This document shows, one piece after another, positions 14,675 to 21,884 of a stretch of DNA of 34,406 nucleotides. The DNA is from Candidatus Shapirobacteria bacterium (GTDB lineage: Bacteria; Patescibacteriota; Microgenomatia; UBA12405; JAHJSD01). Both the position numbers and the translations under genes were made by a program. Below the pieces are notes generated by a model. It was not told the DNA's origin. It worked only from the letters and a program-made list of their open reading frames with translations, and ran no database searches. Numbering within the stretch: position 1 is the first letter of the stretch; the number at the start of each line of letters is the position of its first letter. Location: NCBI GenBank assembly GCA_027021145.1, contig JALUUX010000073.1, positions 1 to 34,406 on the forward strand, given 5' to 3'.

Positions 14675-16144
14675 ATGACTAAATCGAAAAAGATTTTCGT
14701 TTTTGCTCTTGATGGAGCGACTTGGAAATTGCTCGACCGCTGGATTGAGAAAGGTCATTTGCCCTTTTTGGCTAAATTAGTTAATCAGGGAATTAAGCGC
14801 GATCTAATTAGCACGATCCCTCCTCGAACTGCTCCTGCTTGGGCCTCTTTTATTAGTGGTCTAACACCAGCAGAACATGGTATTTATGACTTTCTGGTTA
14901 CCAGAGATGTTTTTGGTAATAGAGAGGAAGAAATGGTTAATGGTGGTTGGCTGGGGAAGAATAAATTTTGGAAAAAATGGGAGCGAGAGGGAAAGAAAAT
15001 AGGTTTAATCAACCTTCCTTTGGGTTATCCCGTAGAGAAAGTGAATGGGGTTTTAATTTCTTCGTTTTTAACGCCTGAAGGAGCCCAATTTGCTTATCCC
15101 TCCAAAATGATTGATCGCCTGGAAAGGTTGGGTTTAGGTCGAGACAAGATCGGCCTCTTGGATCAGTATATGGAGAAAAAAACCAATCGAGAGATTTTTG
15201 AATTGGTTAAAGCTCAGCTGGATCAACGATTTCGGGGAGCAAGACAATTAATAGAAGAAATGGATTTTGATTTTTTCTTTTTTTACTGTCGAGAAACCGA
15301 TATTGTTCAGCACTTATTTTGGCGGGGGCGTCAAACTCTAGAACTATACCGTCGCCTTGACCGACTATTAGGTGATTTTTATGAATTTCTAGGCAAGAAA
15401 TATGGCAAGAGAAATTTTTACTTTCTCTTAATGTCTGACCATGGCTTTCATCCCTCGCCCAAGATTCAGGTCAATCTTTATCCCTGGCTGCGAAAACAGG
15501 GGTTGTTAAAAACCTCGCTAAAAGCTTCGCTGGCTAGAGTTTTTCGAAAATTAGCCATTTGGGAACGGGATAAATCGAATAGTCGCTTTAATTGTTGGGG
15601 CGAATCACCTCTTTTGAGAGTGGGTATTTTTGGAATTTGGCTCAATAGAAAGTTATTAGGTCGACGCTACCAGCAATATCGGCATGAATTAATCGAAGCT
15701 CTGCGACAACTCAAATTTGGCAATCGTAGGGTTTTCCAATTGGTGGCCCCTAGGGAGGAAATCTATCCTCGAGGAAGAAAAAAGTGGCTTTGGGATATTA
15801 TTTGGTTAACCCGGCCCTATTTTGTCATTGGCCCTTGTTCGATTGAGCGGAAAGTTTTCATTTCTGCCAGCAATCCGATTAGAGATAGATTGCTGGGCTG
15901 GCACGATTCGGATCGGCGAGGAATATTTTTAATCAAAGGTGTGGGGGCAAGAAGGCTTCTTAGGCCCTGGCAAAACAAAGAGATCTTTATCTGGGATTTG
16001 CCCCAAATCTTTGATCTAATCATGGGATACAGGAAAAGAAAGTCAATCAAATTGTCAAGAACTGCTAGGTCAAAGAGGTTGAAGTTGAGTGATAAAGAAA
16101 GAGGAATATTAGCGCAGCGATTGAAAAACCTTGGCTATCTTTAG
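14675..16144 (+). CDS. alkaline-phosphatase-superfamily enzyme, nucleotide pyrophosphatase/phosphodiesterase type (PF01663-like)
   Basis: FVFALDGATW (metal Asp), IPPRTAPAWASFISGLTPAEHGI (nucleophile Thr region) and LLMSDHGFHP are present. The C-terminal tail is long and basic. Confidence 0.75.
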   Translation: MTKSKKIFVFALDGATWKLLDRWIEKGHLPFLAKLVNQGIKRDLISTIPPRTAPAWASFISGLTPAEHGIYDFLVTRDVFGNREEEMVNGGWLGKNKFWKKWEREGKKIGLINLPLGYPVEKVNGVLISSFLTPEGAQFAYPSKMIDRLERLGLGRDKIGLLDQYMEKKTNREIFELVKAQLDQRFRGARQLIEEMDFDFFFFYCRETDIVQHLFWRGRQTLELYRRLDRLLGDFYEFLGKKYGKRNFYFLLMSDHGFHPSPKIQVNLYPWLRKQGLLKTSLKASLARVFRKLAIWERDKSNSRFNCWGESPLLRVGIFGIWLNRKLLGRRYQQYRHELIEALRQLKFGNRRVFQLVAPREEIYPRGRKKWLWDIIWLTRPYFVIGPCSIERKVFISASNPIRDRLLGWHDSDRRGIFLIKGVGARRLLRPWQNKEIFIWDLPQIFDLIMGYRKRKSIKLSRTARSKRLKLSDKERGILAQRLKNLGYL

Positions 16145-16163
16145 ATTAAATCTTCGTTACCTT

Positions 16164-17366
16164 TTAATCTTGACGGTCGAAAAGAGAGATTCCAATTTTC
16201 TCCTGGATTGCTTTGGCAATGAATTCCTTAAAAATAAGCTCTGTTTTCTTAGAACCGGAGAGACTCTCGCTCAAATAAGACCAATCGGTTGCCTCTTTGG
16301 TGTTGCTTTTGTCTTGGGCAAATAAATTAATTGTTACTTGATAACCTTTCTTTTTTAACCTGACCGCTTGAGAAAGGATGCCGTTGAGGATATCTAATCT
16401 AACAGCCGGATCGATTTCAATTTTATTTTCCGGATCGACAGTATATTTGGCCCCAAAAGTGCCTGTATTGAACCAGATTTTCTTTACTCCTAGGATTTCT
16501 GCTGCCTCGGTGATAATTGGTTCGCTCAAAAATTCTTGCGGATTAAAGACTCGACTTTGATCTTGAGCTGTTTTTGGCGGCGCCCAAGGGAAGCCTTGGA
16601 CGCCGAAGCTGTCTACTAGTTGATGGTCAATATTAATTAAATAGGGGCGAAGACTAACATATTCACCGCTGGTCCAAGAAAAGTCATCGTTCTCATAAGT
16701 GGCAGAGTTGAGCAAAACACTTCCTCTGGCTTGGGGAAAATATTTTTTCATTAATCGGAGGTATTTATTAACGATAGCAGCATAATCAGCTGGAGTAGCA
16801 TTGATATGATTCCAGAGGGGGAGGTTGGCTTCTGGAAAAGGAACCCAAGTTCCCATTTCTTTATCTTTGATGCCGCTCTGCTTAAGAGTTTTGAAATAAG
16901 TATTAATAAAGTGATCATAAAATCCGCTTCGGAATTCGCGAAAGTCAATCAAGCCCCAGGCGGTGACCGGTTCAACTATAACTAGGGGCCTAATTTGGAA
17001 TTGGGCGAATAATTTGAGCCTTTGAGCCATTTTTTGAGCCGAATTTTTGGCAATTATGTCATCTTTAGGCATATCAGTGAAAATCATTAATTGGTTGCTT
17101 ACTAATGAGCGACAGACCTGTTGGTATTTATCCAGTTGAATTAAATGGGGATCGTTGCTTTGTTTCAGGTCTTTAATCATTGGCTCGGAGCGACAATGGG
17201 AAAGACGAAGAATTTTCTGGGCCGAGTCGAGAACGGTTTTTGGCTTTGGTTTAGCTGGTTGTCTGATAATAGGTTGGCCCACTAAAGCCTGGAAAGTAAT
17301 ATTAATCGTAGTTAAAACGATAAAAATGATAAAAAGGGTGATTAGAGCGATATTTTTTTTGGTCAT
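16164..17366 (-). CDS. membrane-anchored extracytoplasmic protein of unknown function (possible TIM-barrel glycoside-hydrolase-like partner of the GT2 synthase)
   Basis: N-terminal TM helix (IALITLFIIFIVLTTINI). It is the last gene of the minus-strand operon, 6 nt after the synthase gene. The alternating pattern with WVPFPEANLPLWNH and FGVQGFPWAPP is compatible with a beta/alpha barrel, but I did not recognise any firm catalytic motif. Confidence 0.5.
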   Translation of the reverse strand: MTKKNIALITLFIIFIVLTTINITFQALVGQPIIRQPAKPKPKTVLDSAQKILRLSHCRSEPMIKDLKQSNDPHLIQLDKYQQVCRSLVSNQLMIFTDMPKDDIIAKNSAQKMAQRLKLFAQFQIRPLVIVEPVTAWGLIDFREFRSGFYDHFINTYFKTLKQSGIKDKEMGTWVPFPEANLPLWNHINATPADYAAIVNKYLRLMKKYFPQARGSVLLNSATYENDDFSWTSGEYVSLRPYLINIDHQLVDSFGVQGFPWAPPKTAQDQSRVFNPQEFLSEPIITEAAEILGVKKIWFNTGTFGAKYTVDPENKIEIDPAVRLDILNGILSQAVRLKKKGYQVTINLFAQDKSNTKEATDWSYLSESLSGSKKTELIFKEFIAKAIQEKIGISLFDRQD

Positions 17367-17372
17367 GTTGTT

Positions 17373-18650
17373 TTAGATGCTAGAATCGCTAACGCCCAAT
17401 CTTTGCCAGTTTTGCCATTTAACATCTTCTCCTCGGACGATCATTTTTAAACTTTTGATAAGAGCAAGATATTCTACCCAAACGAGAAGATAGAATAATG
17501 CCCATGAATAAAAGAACATGATTAATAATTTTAATCTAAGTTTTTTGTCTCCGAAGATAGAGTTAACAAAGTAGATGATAAAGACAAAGAGATTGCTTAA
17601 GGTAAGGGAAAGATAGTCATTGGAAACAAAACTATAAACTACCAAGAGAGTGGCGCCAATTGGTTCGAAAAATAATTGGAGCTCGGAAAGTAAAGAGAGA
17701 GGAAGGACCATAAAAGTAAGAAATTTATTATGTTCTTTTTTAGTCGAGAAAAACATTTGTCGATATTTGATGAAGGTATCAAAGCGTCCCTTTTTCCAAC
17801 GCAACCGTTGGTTAATTAACCCAGTTAGACTAGCAGCTCCTTCAGTGTAGCAAATGGCGTCTTCAGCGTAAGTGCATTTGATTCCGTAATATCGAAGTCG
17901 CATGGTCATCTCGATATCTTCAGTTTTATTTTCGGTGTCAAAGAGGCCATAACGAGCAAAGGTGTTCTTCTTTCTAAAGGCAGCGCAAGCGCCCCCGAAG
18001 ATATATTCTGCCCCCAGAACCGCATGAGCCCGCTTATAATAGAAACCAAAGAGGTATTCAAGCTGCTGGAGAAAACCGACTAGAGTTCGATTGCTGGTGA
18101 TCTTTACATTGCCTACAACAGCATCAATGCTAGGATCTTCGAAGTACTTGACTAAATTACTGATGGTTTGGGGAGCAAAAGCCGAGTCGGCGTCCATAGT
18201 GACAATAATTTCACCCTTTGATTTTTTAATTCCTAAATTTAGAGCGGTACCCTTACCCCCATTTTCTTTATAAAAATATCTTACTTTTTTAGCTTTTTCA
18301 TGAGGTAATTGATGAAGATACTCGAGCAATTTTTCTTCGGTGCGGTCGGTTGATCCATCGTTGACAACAATGATTTCTAAATTAGGATAGTCATTTTCAA
18401 GCAAACTTTTGACTGATTTAACAATACCTACTTCTTCATTCCAAGCAGGAATTACTACCGAGACTAGGGGTTGGTAATTGGCAGGCAGTTCGCCCTTCTT
18501 CTTTTTTCGAGCGATTCTAATTCGGCGCCATTTTTCTTTAAGAGGATAAAAGGGGGCAATAAGGAGAAAAAGGAAATACTTAACCAACATTAAGCCGGCG
18601 AAGTAAATCGTTAGAGTTCGTAATAGTTCAAACCAGTTGATGATAATCAT
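17373..18650 (-). CDS. processive family 2 glycosyltransferase (PgaC/IcaA/NodC/cellulose-synthase-like polysaccharide synthase)
   Basis: VSVVIPAWNEE, IVVNDGSTD, VTMDADS, KTEDIEMTMR (TED) and INQRLRWKKG (QxxRW) are present. There is one N-terminal TM helix and a cluster of C-terminal TM helices. Confidence 0.85.
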   Translation of the reverse strand: MIIINWFELLRTLTIYFAGLMLVKYFLFLLIAPFYPLKEKWRRIRIARKKKKGELPANYQPLVSVVIPAWNEEVGIVKSVKSLLENDYPNLEIIVVNDGSTDRTEEKLLEYLHQLPHEKAKKVRYFYKENGGKGTALNLGIKKSKGEIIVTMDADSAFAPQTISNLVKYFEDPSIDAVVGNVKITSNRTLVGFLQQLEYLFGFYYKRAHAVLGAEYIFGGACAAFRKKNTFARYGLFDTENKTEDIEMTMRLRYYGIKCTYAEDAICYTEGAASLTGLINQRLRWKKGRFDTFIKYRQMFFSTKKEHNKFLTFMVLPLSLLSELQLFFEPIGATLLVVYSFVSNDYLSLTLSNLFVFIIYFVNSIFGDKKLRLKLLIMFFYSWALFYLLVWVEYLALIKSLKMIVRGEDVKWQNWQRLGVSDSSI

Positions 18651-18655
18651 ATCGA

Positions 18656-19312
18656 TTAGATACTTTTGTTAATTATAGAGCGGTATTCTCCCCTAATGAC
18701 GATAGCTTCCTGTCTGATTCGATCTTGGACGATGATGATTAGCTGAGGATATTTAACCCGAGGATAAATATATGATTCTCTCAGGGGGACAATTTTGATT
18801 TCGCCCACTTTAAAGAGGTAGGTCCAATTACGCTTAGTATCAATTAGAAGGTTGTCGCCTTTATGGAGTTTCTCAAGGTGGTTGAGGGTTCTCCAGGACC
18901 GGTCGGTATAAACAAAAAGTGCTTCGAGCTCTTTGCTTTGAGGGCGGTACTTAGACAAATAATGGGCATGATTGGTGAAAATAAGAAATTGACCGTTCTT
19001 TTTAAGTGCCGGTATTAGTGAGATTCGGCGATTAATAGCAGGAATTCTTAGATAAATTAGCTGACCATAGTTTCCTATGAGAGCGCCGGTAAGATTAGGC
19101 TCTTTCTCGGAAAGATCGATATCTTTTCGGGGAAGGAGATAGGAATAATCAAATCTTCTGATGGCGGAAACAAAATCAATGTCCTGAAGTGTGGTAAGCT
19201 CGAAGGTGTTAAGATACATATAGAGAGTGGCGCAGAAGACTAAGAAGTAAATAAGTTTTCGGCTAAGAGAAAAGAGGACGCTCTTTAAAACTTTAGTTAA
19301 TCTTCTTGCCAT
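18656..19312 (-). CDS. membrane-anchored hypothetical protein with a weak sortase-like C-terminal pattern lacking His and Cys
   Basis: N-terminal TM helix (LIYFLVFCATLYMYL). LRIPAINRRISLIP...LHKGDNLLIDTKRNWTYLFKVGEIKIVP resembles the sortase beta-barrel. However, the TLxTC position reads QLIIIVQD (no Cys) and no His lies at the expected site. Confidence 0.5.
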   Translation of the reverse strand: MARRLTKVLKSVLFSLSRKLIYFLVFCATLYMYLNTFELTTLQDIDFVSAIRRFDYSYLLPRKDIDLSEKEPNLTGALIGNYGQLIYLRIPAINRRISLIPALKKNGQFLIFTNHAHYLSKYRPQSKELEALFVYTDRSWRTLNHLEKLHKGDNLLIDTKRNWTYLFKVGEIKIVPLRESYIYPRVKYPQLIIIVQDRIRQEAIVIRGEYRSIINKSI

Positions 19313-19533
19313 AGATAAGCAAAAATAATTTTAACCTTGGGCCAAGGCCAGCGGCAGCTTACTCTCCTTAGTTTATCGCTCAAAGCTGGTCTTAATCTAG
19401 AATAATAATTTAATCCCTTGTTGGCAAGAGTTAATAGTCCCTCCAAAGTGAGAGCAACCAGATTGGTGGTGGTTACTGTTAGGAAAAATAGAGTATAAAA
19501 TAGAAAAAGGATTTGATATTGCTCTGCCAACAT
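19297..19533 (-). CDS. small membrane protein, first gene of the synthase operon
   Basis: 78-aa ORF with a strong Shine-Dalgarno (AAGGAGG, 4-nt spacer). It has a hydrophobic helix (ILFLFYTLFFLTVTTTNLVALTL) and overlaps the next gene by 16 nt. Confidence 0.55.
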   Translation of the reverse strand: MLAEQYQILFLFYTLFFLTVTTTNLVALTLEGLLTLANKGLNYYSRLRPALSDKLRRVSCRWPWPKVKIIFAYLWQED

Positions 19534-19537
19534 TTTG

Positions 19538-19544
19538 CCTCCTT
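19538..19544 (-). promoter_or_regulatory. Shine-Dalgarno sequence AAGGAGG for the 19533 start
   Basis: The plus strand reads cctcctt, 4 nt from the start codon complement. Confidence 0.65.
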
Positions 19545-19625
19545 AAGGTTTAATAAGACGGCAAGGCCTATAATATCACAAAAAGGGGATCTTGGCAAGG
19601 AGTAGGAGAATGGTAAACTAAAGGG

Positions 19626-20396
19626 ATGAATAAAAATTATCACGATTTGCTTATTAATTTGGTAAGACGAGAGATTGCCTCGAGATATAAACAGTCGATT
19701 TTGGGGTACTTCTGGGTTGTTCTTAATCCGCTTTTCCAGATGTTGGTGATGACAATTGTTTTTTCCAAAATTATGCGGATTTCAATTCCTGGAGTACCAT
19801 ACTTTCTTTTTCTTTATGTTGGCCTATTACCTTGGGCCTTTTTTACTAATGCTCTTAGTTCTTCAATGGGAAATTTGGTTGGAATGGGCTCCCTAATTAA
19901 GAAAGTCTATTTTCCTCGAGAAATAATTATTTTGGCTACGCTATTAGCCAAAGTAGTTGATCTCTTTTTAGCCTCATTAATTTTTGTTTTCTTTATGATT
20001 ATCTTTAATCAGCCAACCAATATTTGGCTTGACCTATTAATGGTACCAACAATCTTTGCGATCCAGTTTATCTTTACTTTTGGTATCGCCCTTTTTATTT
20101 CTGCTTTTAATCTTTTTTATCGCGATGTTCAATATTTAATGAACTTGATTTTGACTCTTTGGTTCTATCTGACCCCAGTAATTTATCCAACGGAAATAGT
20201 GCCAGAAAAACTGCGCTTTCTTTTCTCCTTAAATCCGATGTCAGTTTTAATTAATGCCTATCGCCAAACTATTTTAGGCGGCCAATTACCCAATTTACCC
20301 CATTTAACCGTGGCTCTATTGGTCTCGTTAATAGTCTTAATAATTGGTTGGGGAATATTTAAAAAGTTAGAAGGAAGATTTGCGGATGTGGTCTGA
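19626..20396 (+). CDS. wzm: ABC-2 type polysaccharide/O-antigen/teichoic-acid export permease
   Basis: LINLVRREIASRYKQSILGYFWVVLNPLFQM is the typical Wzm/TagG N-terminus. The protein has six hydrophobic segments and is 256 aa long. Confidence 0.85.
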   Translation: MNKNYHDLLINLVRREIASRYKQSILGYFWVVLNPLFQMLVMTIVFSKIMRISIPGVPYFLFLYVGLLPWAFFTNALSSSMGNLVGMGSLIKKVYFPREIIILATLLAKVVDLFLASLIFVFFMIIFNQPTNIWLDLLMVPTIFAIQFIFTFGIALFISAFNLFYRDVQYLMNLILTLWFYLTPVIYPTEIVPEKLRFLFSLNPMSVLINAYRQTILGGQLPNLPHLTVALLVSLIVLIIGWGIFKKLEGRFADVV

Positions 20397-20409
20397 AGTT
20401 AGAAACTAA

Positions 20410-20428
20410 CCCCGACGATACGTCGGGG
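20410..20428. repeat. GC-rich hairpin H1 (CCCCGACG ata CGTCGGGG)
   Basis: 8-bp perfect stem with a 3-nt loop. Confidence 0.9.
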
Positions 20429-20444
20429 CGAAATTAGAAATTAG

Positions 20445-20462
20445 TTCCGACTTTTGTCGGAA
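20445..20462. repeat. hairpin H2 (TTCCGAC tttt GTCGGAA)
   Basis: 7-bp perfect stem with a 4-nt loop. Like H1, it is followed by CGAAATT. Confidence 0.9.
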
Positions 20463-20481
20463 CGAAATTTAGTTTTGGGTA

Positions 20482-20865
20482 ATGAACTACATCAAACTAG
20501 AAGACTTGGATGTTTACCGGTTATCTAGGGAAATCAGTGAAAAGGCTTGGAGTGTTTACAAGGATTTTGGTTGGCGGATAAAGAAAATAGTTGGCGATCA
20601 ATTTATTCGCTCGATTGATTCGATTGGTGCTAACATTGCTGAGGGATATGGACGATATCATTATTTAGATAAGATTAAGTTTTACTATAATGCTCGAGGA
20701 TCATTGTTAGAAGCAAAGCATTGGCTGGGACTGTTAGAGGAAAGGAAGTTGATAGAACCATCGGAAGCATCTTTTCTAAAAGAAGAACTGAGAAGTCTTG
20801 GCATAAAATTAAATAGATTTATTAATTCCACTTTTAAAGCTAAGAATGGCTCGGGGGTAAAATGA
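20482..20865 (+). CDS. four-helix-bundle protein (TIGR02436 / PF05635 family), second copy
   Basis: 127 aa with GDQFIRSIDSIGANIAEGYGRYHY...ARGSLLEAKHWL, the same NIAEGYG signature as 5139..5531. Confidence 0.85.
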   Translation: MNYIKLEDLDVYRLSREISEKAWSVYKDFGWRIKKIVGDQFIRSIDSIGANIAEGYGRYHYLDKIKFYYNARGSLLEAKHWLGLLEERKLIEPSEASFLKEELRSLGIKLNRFINSTFKAKNGSGVK

Positions 20866-20879
20866 AATTATTAATTTCA

Positions 20880-20897
20880 GCCCCGAAACGTCGGGGC
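20880..20897. repeat. GC-rich hairpin H3 (GCCCCGA aacg TCGGGGC)
   Basis: 7-bp stem with a 4-nt loop, 15 nt after the four-helix-bundle stop codon. Confidence 0.9.
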
Positions 20898-20936
20898 GAA
20901 TTTCTAATTTCGCGCCAGCTAATTTCTGGTTTTAAC

Positions 20937-20962
20937 AAATAATGAATAGACTAGCGATAAAA
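20937..20962 (+). repeat. relic duplicate of the wzt start region (direct repeat of 21090..21115)
   Basis: aaataATGAATAGActAGCgATAAAA matches aaataATGAATAGAgtgGCaATAAAA at 23 of 26 nt by hand count. It opens a 25-codon dead-end ORF, MNRLAIK..., compared with the wzt start MNRVAIK... Confidence 0.8.
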
Positions 20963-20966
20963 AATC

Positions 20967-20982
20967 CCCCGAAATCTCGGGG
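20967..20982. repeat. GC-rich hairpin H4 (CCCCGA aatc TCGGGG)
   Basis: 6-bp stem with a 4-nt loop. It shares its stem sequence with H3, and H1 has the related stem CCCCGACG. Confidence 0.9.
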
Positions 20983-20991
20983 AAGGTTTAT

Positions 20992-21011
20992 TCTGATACA
21001 ATTATATCAGA
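20992..21011. repeat. hairpin TCTGATA caatta TATCAGA
   Basis: 7-bp perfect stem using the same CTGATA/TATCAG motif that flanks the first four-helix-bundle gene and fills 1494..1602. Confidence 0.85.
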
Positions 21012-21038
21012 GTTGTTGATTTTGTCAATAGCGAATAT

Positions 21039-21094
21039 AACTCGCCAACCCGTTAACTCGTTAACTCGTTAATAATCAATAAACCAATAAAATA
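21039..21094. repeat. octamer stutter repeat running into the wzt start codon
   Basis: The DNA reads aactcgcc aacccgtt aactcgtt aactcgtt aataatca ataaacca ataaaata ATG. Confidence 0.8.
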
Positions 21095-21838
21095 ATGAAT
21101 AGAGTGGCAATAAAATTCGATCGGGTTTCAAAATTGTATCATCTGCAGTCCCATCGGACCCTTAAAGAGTTTTTGCCGGCATTTTTAGGAAGAAAACAAA
21201 CTAAAAAGGAGTTTTGGGCCCTAAAAGACGTCTCTTTTGAGGTTAGGAAAGGTGAAACATTAGGAATCATTGGTCCTAATGGAGCGGGGAAGTCAACCAT
21301 TCTAAAATTGATTGCTGGAGTGACTGAGCCAACAAAAGGAAAAGTAATTGTTAATGGCAAAGTTTCGCCACTGATTGAACTTGGTGCCGGCTTTCATCCC
21401 GATTTAACTGGCCGAGAAAATATTTACCTCAACGGGGCAATTTTAGGATTAACTAAAAAAGAAGTCGACAAAAAATTCAAAGAAATCGTTGATTTTGCCG
21501 AACTCTGGGACTTCATTGATCAGCCAGTAAAACACTACTCTTCGGGGATGTATATGAGACTAGGTTTCTCCATTGCTATCCATACCGATCCAGAGATACT
21601 CCTAATAGACGAGATTCTCGCTGTCGGTGATACTGCTTTCCAAGAAAAATGTCTTGATAAAATGCGCGACTTTCAGGCTCAGGGAGTGACGATTATTTTT
21701 GTTTCTCATTCTTTGGAGACAGTGGAAACTTTTTGTAGAAAATCACTTTTGCTTATGAATGGACAAGTAGTTATTTTTGGAAAGACGGATAGGGTGATAT
21801 CCAATTATCTGAAAAATTTAAGGTTTGGAGAGCTTTAG
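21095..21838 (+). CDS. wzt: ABC transporter ATP-binding protein for polysaccharide export (short form, no C-terminal carbohydrate-binding domain)
   Basis: Walker A is GPNGAGKST, the signature is YSSGMYMRLGFS and Walker B is ILLIDEILAVGD. The 247-aa protein ends shortly after the NBD. Confidence 0.9.
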   Translation: MNRVAIKFDRVSKLYHLQSHRTLKEFLPAFLGRKQTKKEFWALKDVSFEVRKGETLGIIGPNGAGKSTILKLIAGVTEPTKGKVIVNGKVSPLIELGAGFHPDLTGRENIYLNGAILGLTKKEVDKKFKEIVDFAELWDFIDQPVKHYSSGMYMRLGFSIAIHTDPEILLIDEILAVGDTAFQEKCLDKMRDFQAQGVTIIFVSHSLETVETFCRKSLLLMNGQVVIFGKTDRVISNYLKNLRFGEL

Positions 21839-21869
21839 ATTAATTAGTTGATTAGTTGTTCTAATGGTT

Positions 21870-21878
21870 TGATATAAT
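21870..21878 (+). promoter_or_regulatory. extended -10 promoter element TGaTATAAT that would give a leaderless mRNA
   Basis: A perfect TATAAT hexamer (21873..21878) has TG at the -15/-14 position. The ATG at 21885 starts 6 nt after the hexamer and there is no Shine-Dalgarno. Confidence 0.5.
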
Positions 21879-21884
21879 GCCACT

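Larger units (their letters stand above)
20410..20912 (+). mobile_element. inverted-repeat- and hairpin-bounded four-helix-bundle gene cassette inserted between wzm and wzt
   Basis: A perfect 14-bp inverted repeat, CGAAATTAGAAATT (20429..20442) and AATTTCTAATTTCG (20899..20912), brackets the ORF. Each arm is immediately preceded by a CCCCGA...TCGGGG hairpin (20410..20428 and 20880..20897). Confidence 0.5.

Noticed and set aside
16131-16325. A plus-strand 64-aa ORF spanning the convergent gene junction.
   Set aside because: It overlaps the 3' end of the well-supported minus-strand 400-aa gene and has no motif or ribosome-binding site.
20942-21019. The 25-codon ORF MNRLAIKNPPKSRGRFILIQLYQSC as a real small gene.
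   Set aside because: Its first 7 codons copy the wzt start and the rest reads through a hairpin and spacer repeats. It is better explained as a duplication relic.
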